Assembly: GCA_013265495.1 (NCBI GenBank)
Contig: MU058718.1
Coordinates: 3,362,081 to 3,426,080 of the forward strand
Source of the DNA: Vicugna vicugna
Lineage: Eukaryota
DNA length: 64,000 bases
Direction: 5' to 3'
Shown one piece after another: positions 54,539 to 64,000 of this stretch. Made by a program: the position numbers and the translations under genes. How positions within the stretch are numbered: the first letter of the stretch is position 1; every line of letters begins with the position of its first letter. The notes under the pieces are model-generated. The model saw nothing but the letters and a program-made list of their open reading frames with translations, was not told the DNA's origin and made no database searches.

Positions 54539-55034
54539 TGTATTAGCTTCCTGTCCCTGCCATAACAAATTATACAAACTTGGTGGTTTGAACCATCACA
54601 GATTTATTTAACCTTTTCAATTCTGTGGGTTAGAAGTCCAAGACAGAGAGCTGGGCTAAGATCAGGGTGTCAGCAGGGCTGCATTCTTTTATGGAGGCTC
54701 TAGAGGAGAATCTCTTTCCTTGCCTTTTCTAGCTTCTAGAGGTCGCCCACATTTCCTGACTCATAGTCCCTTACTTCATCTTCGAAGCCAGCAATCTTGC
54801 TCCTCTCTGATGTTCTTCTGTAATCATATCTCCCTCTGACTCTTCTGCCTCTGTCTTCCAGTTCAAGGACCCCTGTGATTACATTGTGATTACAATCCAA
54901 GATAACCTCCTCATCTTCTGATTAGCAACCTCAATTCCATCTGCATATATTCGTGTGTATGAATACCTAACATATCCACGGGTTCTGGGAATCAGGATGT
55001 GGACATGTTTTGGGTCCATCATTCTGCCTACCAC
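54539..55034 (-). mobile_element. MaLR solo LTR (MLT1C-like)
   Basis: tgtattagcttcctg...ggaggctctagaggagaatc...ccttttctagcttctagagg...attctgcctaccaca. Confidence 0.85.
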
Positions 55035-57375
55035 ACACATTTTTTCACATTTTATCATTTCTGCAGTCAGGAGACATCTCGTAAGCAATGTGGTTTAAAA
55101 AATTACTTCATATTTTAACTGGCAATGAATTTCTTTCTTATTGGAATATAAAATGATGGTGCTTCTTATGACTGATGGCATTTAGACTTAATGAAATAAC
55201 TTACGGTAACTTCTAAGTAATAAGCCAAATGAGTACAAATAAGATCCAACCCTTTCTCTTCTGTGTGAGTCAAATCATACTCTCAAAATGATGTCAAAAT
55301 TATTTCTAGAGAAAGTTTAACTAATTCTGTGATGGTCTCTGGACTTCAATTACTAAATTTTAAGGTAATGAATTTTAGAAATTCAGGTTGACCATTCATC
55401 TGTCTTTAGAGATGGCAGCTAATTAAATTTAAAACTTCCTTTATTAAAGATTTTAAGACAGCAGACCCTTGTAGATTCATCCTTGCCCATAAATATTTCC
55501 TTTATTTACATTTGATAGTGTTTATCTTTGGGTGATAATTTAGAACACCTCCATCCCTAAAAATACTCATTCTGATAATTTTATAGTTGAGCTTGCATGT
55601 CTGAGATTCTCCCAAAGAGTGTGGAGTGTGGACTACAGACTGAGTATTGAATTAACTTTTCTGCATTTACACTGAAGCTTTATCCCCTATTGTCAGTGCA
55701 CCCGGCGCGTCACTCCGGTCAGTAAGAGCACCCCACCTCCATGAAGATTAAGCTCTTTAAAAGGAAGTACCAGGAAGAAACAGAGGACTTCCCTCAGGAC
55801 TTTGGGAGGAAACGGGCATTTGACAATTTGACTCATCTTTGGACCCTTAAGAGTCTGATAAATACTGTGAGGATACCTAAAAAAAAAAGCTCATCTTATT
55901 ATCATTAATAAAACATTTCATAAATATGAAACGAGCACTTTGTGCAAGGTATTTTTCAAGATTCTTCCCAATCTGAGTTGTTGGTTTGTTTACTCTGAAG
56001 GTAGTGAAATGACAAGTTCTCTCCATCGATGTCAGGTACACGGTGTGGGGCTTATACGGTGCACCAGTAAAGTGATGTGACCGGCAAATCCTAACTCTCA
56101 ACCCTTAGAGATTTATAGCCAATGATGTCTATATCTGGAGTCAAAAATGAGGGCCTTAGAGGAATCTGCTTAAGTAATAGAGTCTGAGTGCACAGTGGCA
56201 GCAGCTAAACTGCATGTTATAGAATCTTGCAACTCCTGTGTCTACATCAAAACTCCTACTTTGAAATCAAGGCCTTGTATCAGTTGAAGAGTGATGATAT
56301 GTCAGATAGATGGTGCTGCTTCAGGCAATCAGAATCATTGTTCCCTTCCTAGTCAAAATCAAATCCACAGGGATTTAAACATAAATTAAATCCTACTAGC
56401 AACAATAGCCAGAATACTAAGAGAAATACTGATGATCAAATTTAATTCCCGGGAGAAGAGGAATCCCAGCAGACACGCAATAGGGGGTAAAATGTTCTGA
56501 GAGTCTTTATTAACGAAAAAGCAATTCCTAATCCTTTTGACAGACGCTGGCTCTTTTGTTATTTCTAAAGGGTCTCCTTAAGTGTTAGGGAGTTGGTAGT
56601 TTGCTTTACAACATTTGTAGGTACTTTTCCACCATATTAATGATTTTGGAAAAATATATGTTGACAGAATTAATTTAATGACAAGCAGGATAAGGTATTA
56701 ATACAATTCAGTAGCTGGATCATTGGGCCTGTTAAATAAAAAGACAGTTTGGATTGTTTTACTGCTTCATCTTTTTCTTCAGGAACCCTCATTTCTACCT
56801 CACTAACAATCCCAGCTGAGGATGATTTAGCTGTTTATTTTACACTTCTCTGCTCATTACACCCACACTAGCAAGTTATGTGAATGCATCTCTTCCTTGG
56901 TGTTTTGTGTAAAAATCTCCCACCTCCCAACTTCAATATGCAGCAGGGACCTGCCAGGTAAGACTTGCCTGCCTTCACCTCACCCACCCCAAATTCCTCT
57001 TCAGTCCTTTCTCCACACTGGTGGTCAGGCTCAGAGAATCACAGCTTCTCTGAGGGGCACTGGGGAGGCCAAGGAGGAAGGGATCAAGAGTGAGAGCACA
57101 GAAGGGAGCAACAAGAGGTAGGGGAAGAGAGAGAGACATTAAGGAGACAGCAAGGGTGGCAGAGATGAGATAAAGAGAGGGAGGAAGGAGATAAAAATAG
57201 AGAACATTTTCAGGGACAAAGAGGGTTTCCTGTAGGTATCTGGGTTATGATAACTTTTTGTAACTGGTAAATCAGAGCACATCAGTTCCTTACTTTCTGG
57301 TGACATTTCATCATACTTAGAATTAAATCCAAGCTCCTTACCATAACCTATAAAGCCTTACATGATCCAGCACCT

Positions 57376-57941
57376 AGTGACACCACTTAATGACTAAAAA
57401 TAATTCATTCCCTCTCACAGCTTTTATGAGTAAGGAATTAGGAGTGGCTTAGCTTGCTGATTCTGCCTTAGACTCTCTCATGAGGTTGTGGTCACATGCT
57501 GGTCCCAGAGTCCTCTGAAGGCGTATGTAGGCTTGGAGAATCCATTTCCCAGGAGATTCACTCATAGGTGCTGGCTGTTGGCAGGAAGACTTAGTTCCTC
57601 TCTACATCAGTTTCTCCAAGTGGTCTGTGCTTCCTCACAACCTGACAGGTGGGTTCCTATGGTGAGCATCCATGGAGACAGAGAGAGAGAGAGAGAGACA
57701 GACAGAGAGACAGAGAGACAGAGAGATTGGAAGCCAAGCAAAGAGAAGCTTTATCCTTGTTATGACCTAGCCTCGGAAGACACATAAGATAGTCCATTGA
57801 CTGGGACAATCCCAAGCCCCTCGCTGGCTTCAAGGAGAGTGAACATCGACTGCATCTCTTGGTGGACCACATTGTTAGAAGTACATCTAGGAAGAGACAA
57901 ATATATAGGTAATGGCCATCTTTGGAAAATACAGTCTTCCA
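57376..57941 (-). mobile_element. MaLR LTR (MLT1H-like) with internal (GA)n
   Basis: ctctcacagctt...ggagtggcttagct...atgacctagcctcggaag...ggccatctttggaaaataca. Confidence 0.75.
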
Positions 57942-58019
57942 TGGGAGAGGGTTTCCTGTGGTTAGATGGTTATAATAACTATTTTATGTAACTGGTGAAT
58001 CAGGCAATATCAGTTTGTC

Positions 58020-58610
58020 CAATGACTTTCCATCAATTACTTCCCAAAACTCCTTACCTACAAAGCCTTACATGACCTAGATCTTCACTGTGAACTCTTT
58101 TCTACCCTTCTTGGCCGACCCACGCCCACCTCCAGCCGCACTCATCTTTTTGCCACTTCTCACACAGACTAAGCTCATTCTCTCTCCCTGGGTTGGTTTC
58201 CTCCCCTATAGTCACATGATTTGCTTCCTTGCTTTATTCAGGTCTCTGTTTAAAAGGTACCTTCTGAGAAAGGCCCCCTGTGACCCCATGCGCACTTGCT
58301 GTGCCCATGAACACTCTCCCTCTGTCAACCTTTATCTTGCTCTATTGTTCTTCAAGGCACTTGTCACTACCTGACATTGTGGATAGGCGGATGGAGAGAG
58401 AGAGCTAGAGATGTATATCTATATAATGTCATATATTCGCTATAAATATACTTATATCTTTGTACTTTTGCATCTCAGCAGAATATGAGTTCTATGAGAG
58501 CAGGAACTCATTTTGTTCACCACCACATACACAGAGCAGTGTCTACTCCACAGTGCTCACTGTAGTTGTGTGTATGTGTGTGTGTGTGTGTGTTCAGTGT
58601 GTAAATGAAA
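58020..58610 (+). mobile_element. LINE-2 fragment
   Basis: aaactccttacc...tccagccgcactc...ttcaggtctctgttt...tgagttctatgagagcagg...tttgttcacc. Confidence 0.62.
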
Positions 58611-61399
58611 AAACAGAGGGGTGGTACTTCTCCCTGTCAGCCATTCCCAAGTTGCTGTGACCAATGGTGGCAGCACCATCATGAGTGTGTCCGGGAGGAT
58701 TAGGAAGGGCAGCGCTCCACCGCGTGCGCACCTTCTAGCTGCTAAATCACAGTGAGACCTGACATAATCTTTTCCATCTTGCTTCCACCAAACTAGGGTA
58801 ATGTAAATGATAAGAATGAGATGGGATGACTTTTAATTTGTGGATTCAGAATCCAACCCAGCCCTTCTCTTTGCTTCTGCGTTTGTTGATTCTCTGTGCC
58901 AAAATCAATCATCTTTGAGGCTTTTTAAAATAGTGGGGCATGATCTTCATAATGATATATCAAAGGGTTAAAACTTCAGGGAAAATAGGATACTGTAATG
59001 CATTTTAAAGGCAGGCTTGCCTTGCCTATCACTGGATTCAAGGTAAATTGTATCGCTAAAGAGATGAGAGTTCAGATCTCTTCTGAAAGCCAGCAGAATA
59101 AAAGCAAGAATAATGCCTGTGCTTACTCATTTAAGAAATTTAGCAATGACTTGATCAGTATGGCTGTGCTTACTACGGGAAATGGAGAAGGCACCAAGAC
59201 AGCTCTGGACCACATACCCTGAGCACCCTCCTGCATCTGTGCTCATGGTTCCTCAGCAAGCCAGGCCTTCTCGCACCACCTTCGCTCGCTCTGTTCCCTC
59301 TTCTGGGAATGCCTCGAATCTCGAGCTTCATGTCCCCTCTGAAGCTCTCTTAACCCACACCCACCCCAAAGGAGAAGCAGGTGCTTCCTTCTGTTGAGTC
59401 CACAGTACCTTGTGCACATGCCTCTCCCAGTTTGCATGCCTGCCCCGCTCCTGGATCACCAGCTTCTCGAGGGCAGAGTCTGGGTCATGCTGGTCTTTGC
59501 ATCCCTCCAAAGTAACCAATGACTTTGACATAGGACACACTCAGTGGAAGGATTTGATGGCTGGCCAGGCAGACAGACAAATGCGTGAAATTTCTTAACA
59601 GTGCTCTGTTGAGAAGGGCTCTGGAAAATATGAGGGAAGACTTGCTCGGCATCCTGCTCTCATTCTCACTGGGGAAAAGCATTGGTGGCTCTCCTCCTAG
59701 ACTGTCACACTGAATATGGCTCCTGTCTGTGAAGTCTGTGAGATGAGAAATTCTCAGGAGGGGCCTCTGGAGACAGAGCTGCACGGTATTCAGCCCGGCC
59801 TCTACGTCACGTGCAGTCAAACATTCACAAGGCAGACTGCCCAGCCCATGTTGAGTCTTCCCTAAGCTGCCAGACATCCATTTTTAACCCCCAAAACCTT
59901 GGCCTGCACAACAATTGGACAATTTAATTTGATAGAGTGGGATATTCATTGTTCTAAAATTAATGACAGTCTTGTATAAGTAAATTTTAGCAAATGGTAT
60001 CTTGGAGGAAACTGTAAATCAGGAAGGAGAATATTACCTTTCAGTGCCTGGATGAGGGCAGGTACTGTACAAGTGTAAGATTTGCTCAGGGGACTTTTTT
60101 AAAAGAATAAATTATTTAAGAACATATATATTCAAAATAGATTGTTCTTTTAGGTGCTTTTAAAAATTACAATGAAATATAAATTTTTGTTAAAAGGTAT
60201 ATTTTCATTGAAAGAATTTTTTACATAAAATAATATTAAGAGCTATATACTTCAATTGAAAGCTTTGTTCTTGTTCTCTAAAATGTGTGTTGCATTATTC
60301 TCACTTGAGGAAAAAAAACCCAAATCACTCAGGATTTACCCATAGCATTTGGTTTGTACTCGTCTTTGGCCATTTTTCTTACTAGATACAGATCATATGT
60401 GCAAGTTTTTCCTGTACTGGATCAAATGTCCCTTTTCCTGTTTGTATGTCAGGGCCTAGGCAGTGCCTTACATGTGTTAGATGCATCATGAATATTTTAA
60501 TTAATTACCAGTCCAATAATTTGCTGCAGAGTGTTAATTGTCCTCTCTTGCTTCCTAACTTGAAATTATCACTGATAACAAGTCGATCCAGTGATTTAAT
60601 CACCCTGCAGGATGGTGTTCTAAGCATTATGTTCATTCCTCAAAGTGAGCCATTGCCCAGCGCACATGTCCTTGCCATCCAGGAGCTCTACTGGGGACCA
60701 CAGCCATGCAAGAATGAGTGCTCTGGCAGAGGTAGGGGAAGGTGCTGTCTGAGTGTGACTAACGGCCTTACCTGGAGCAGGGCAGTCAAGGACAGCATCT
60801 CAGAGGAGGTGATGTTTGAGCTCCAGAACTCAGAAATAACACACTCTGCAGACAAATGATGCTCCCTGTATGCCCCTCCCCAGGGACAGTCCCTTCCCCA
60901 TTCTCAGAGGTGACTCTGTCCTGAATTTGGATTTATCGCCTTCTTGTATTTCTTTATAGTCTTACTATACATATATGTATCCCTATTCTAGCATTAGCCA
61001 TTTTCAAACTTTGTATCAGTAGTGTCAGACTGTTCATACAATGAGAACCAACAATTTAGAGGACACTTAAGAAGCACCAACACTGTTGTAAACATGCATA
61101 TATTGAGCCAGTTAACAACTCGATGATGTGGGTACTATTGTTATCCCAGTTTTCTAAGAAAGAAATGAAGACTCAAGAGTCTTTCATCTTTCATTTGTCC
61201 AAGGTTTCACAGATCATAAGTGGGAGATCCAGGATTCCATTCCAGACAGCGTGATTCTAAATTCTAAGTTTTTTATCCCTTTGGCTTTAAAAGTAATTTT
61301 ATTAATGAGAGTCACCTTGTTTTCTTCTCTGACAGTGAGAATTTTTAAAAATTTCTATCATAGAAGACCAAGAATGTTTTCCAGGGTTTTCACACTTGA

Positions 61400-61830
61400 A
61401 GTGATTATTTCTTTCTTTTTTTTTTCCCAATTCTCGATTCATCTGCAGCTGTTAAGAAGTAGTATATCGAGAAATCCCTTCTACATTTTCCCCAGTTTCC
61501 CCAGTAGTAACATTTTGCAAAACTGTAGTACAATATCACAGTATAAAGGGATATTGACTGATACAATCTACCGATTTTATTCAGATTTTCCCAATTTTCT
61601 TTTACTTGTGTGTGTGTCTATAAATTTCAGCACTGGGGTAAGCTTGTATAGACACCACCACACTCAGGATGATCAATAGGTCCAACCCCACAAGGATCCC
61701 TCCTGTGGCCCTTTTAAGCCACACCTTCTCTCTCGCAGCTCCACCCCCAACCTGCTCTAGCCCCTCTCCTCCATCCCCATTCCTAACCCCAGCAACCACT
61801 AAGCTGCCTTCCATTTCTAAAATATTACCA
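61400..61830 (-). mobile_element. Old LINE-1 (L1MB/L1MC-like) 3' UTR
   Basis: cccagtttcccccagtagtaacattttgcaaaactgtagtacaatatcaca...gatattgac...ccagcaaccactaag. Confidence 0.72.
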
Positions 61831-63129
61831 TCCCAAAGCCTGAATTTTTACCTCTCTATCATACTGCAATTTGCTTTTTTCCAGTGACTGTTAGATTTTC
61901 AAGACTGATACCTTTTGTTGAAGTATTTTGCCCTGGTTCAGTCACTGTAACTGCTGGGTGGGTATTCCCTGACTTACTTAGCTTTTCTTCTGTTGATAGA
62001 CACTGAGGTGGTTCCATGTTTTTCACCACTACAATTCATGAACATGTCTCCTTGTGTAGATTATTGCTTCTTCACACTTGAATTGGGGTCTGTCTTTGAT
62101 GACCAAAGAAAGATGAATGAGAGAGTTTATTTGTTACAAATAATGGGCCTAAATGTTATAATCAAGTTCACCAGAACCGTCTTTTCAGAGCTGTTCACTA
62201 TCCTTTTTCTCACGAATATCCAAATTACTAGATCTGCTCTGTCACTTCTAATGAAGGTGTTTGAATTAAGGCAAACAAGGCTGCAATACAATGACAATAA
62301 CATGACATGTCCTCTGTCCTAATGGGGATTTATGTTCCAGTACTCCTTGAATCACAGGAAATCTGGTTGGAAGGGACCTTGCAGGTAGCCCCGACCAGTT
62401 GGGTCTTGAGTACCCTATACAATGTTCCAAACAAAACTTGACATCCTAGACCTCACATCCAGGGTCAGGCAGCTCAGCCCCTCTCCAGGCAGCCCAGCAC
62501 ACCTCCTGATAACTCTGAGAGTTGAAAGTTGTGTTTTACATTAAAATGAAATCTGTCTTTTAATCAGCACTCATTAGTTAATGTCACACTCATAGGGCCA
62601 CACACAAAAAGACTGGCCATCTTTGAGTATTTAAAGATAACCCTCATGTCCCATTCCATCCTGTATCACCCAGTTCTTCTCCTCAGAGCATGATGTTCAG
62701 AACCAAACCTGGTACTCAAAGGTAGGATGTGATGCCAAGGAATGAGACAGATTCTTCAACACAGACCTGAGCTCACGAGCTGACCTGGGGGTCATGGGCT
62801 AAGCCCAGCCTGCAGATGAGTCTTAAAAAGCCCCAGCAGAGTCAGTCCACATGGTAAACAGTTTGCCATATTTTCACATGATGACAACCCAGAAGAGGTG
62901 AGAAGCAGCCACTCTCTCAAACAAATGAATCCTCTGGTTCATCACAACCCTCTCCAATCCCAAGGTATCTCACAGCTGCAATACTGGGCCAATGTTAGAG
63001 ATAGCCTAGATTTTTCTTCCTTAAACAAAACAGAACTACTACTACTACTACTAACATAGGAACTTTGGTGTGGTGGAGTTGAGTAGGAGTGGCAGGGTAG
63101 CAGCTACTCACCTAACCCATTTCACTCCT

Positions 63130-63570
63130 TTTTTACTGGTCTCTTGCACAAGTTAACTACATAATGGAAAACAAGTTTGGATTAAATAAAATAAAATTCT
63201 TTTTCTCACTCATATATCAGCACAGTGATTGGCAGTCAGCTTATGGTGGCTATACTATCAGCAGAGACCTATGTTCCTGCTCCACCATCCTTACTGTTCA
63301 TCTTCTACCCTCCAAGTTGCCTCATAGTTCAAAATGGCTGCTAAAGTTCCAGCCATTGAGCTGACGTCCCAGACAGGAAAAAGAAGGAAAGGAGGGAAAA
63401 AACAAAATGTCATACCTCTCATCTGAGTCAGTTACCATTGAAGACCTTTCTCAGAAGTCCCTTCCCAAAACTTTAACTATGTCTCTAATCATAGTGCAAG
63501 GGAGGTTTAGAAATAATTTTTAGCCGAGCACATTGTTGCTTCCAATAACATAGGTATCTGTTGGGATGGA
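63130..63570 (-). mobile_element. Old MaLR LTR (MLT1J/K-like)
   Basis: caaaatggctgctaaagttccagccat...tgcaagggaggtttagaaat...cacattgttgc. Confidence 0.58.
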
Positions 63571-64000
63571 AGAAGGAGGAACTGGACATTAGGAAAGCAA
63601 TTGGTAGCCCCAGGAGGAAATTTAATTGTTGACCTTTCTAAAAATAGAGATCTATATCAGTGCATCCTAATTTTTTTTCCTGCATTCACATCATTTTGTG
63701 ACCACTGCTGAACCTATTGTCTAAAATTCCTAAACCATTTTTGACATTATTCTGCAAAATCACATCCTATAATCTTATACTTGTGCATTGTTTTTGGTTT
63801 TTTTTTTAGATTTTTTCAAGCACAAAGCAAATAATCTGGTTCAATTCAGACTATTGCTCCAACCTATCAGAATCTCTTTGGATCCTAAATCTGTCTTTTA
63901 ATTTAAATATATGCAAATTATGTATCCTCTTTGCCTTTAAGCCTTCCATACACCATTGAAATCAAAAAGTTAAACCAAGCAGGACCAACATTATGCCTGA

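Overview
Mammalian genomic DNA, probably a camelid (inferred from the SINE and L1 families present). The only supportable protein-coding feature is the first coding exon of TRIM9 (+ strand, 29855-30676: RING with a long loop, beta-TrCP degron DSGYGS, B-box1, B-box2). It lies in a CpG-island promoter (~28900-31420) and is followed by >33 kb of intron 1; I did not find exon 2 in the window. The rest is intergenic or intronic DNA rich in interspersed repeats: a young 5'-truncated L1 with intact ORF2 C-terminus and perfect TSD, older L1s, L2, MIR, MaLR/ERVL LTRs, DNA-transposon relics and a tRNA-derived SINE. I see no convincing novel multi-gene system. The most interesting observations are regulatory (RE1/NRSE-like site in the 5' UTR, three RFX X-boxes, paired CCAAT boxes) and structural (499-bp and ~141-bp tandem duplications, an older ~140-bp duplication bracketing an LTR, a probable short L1 3' transduction). 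Repeat family names are from recognition by eye and repeat boundaries are approximate.
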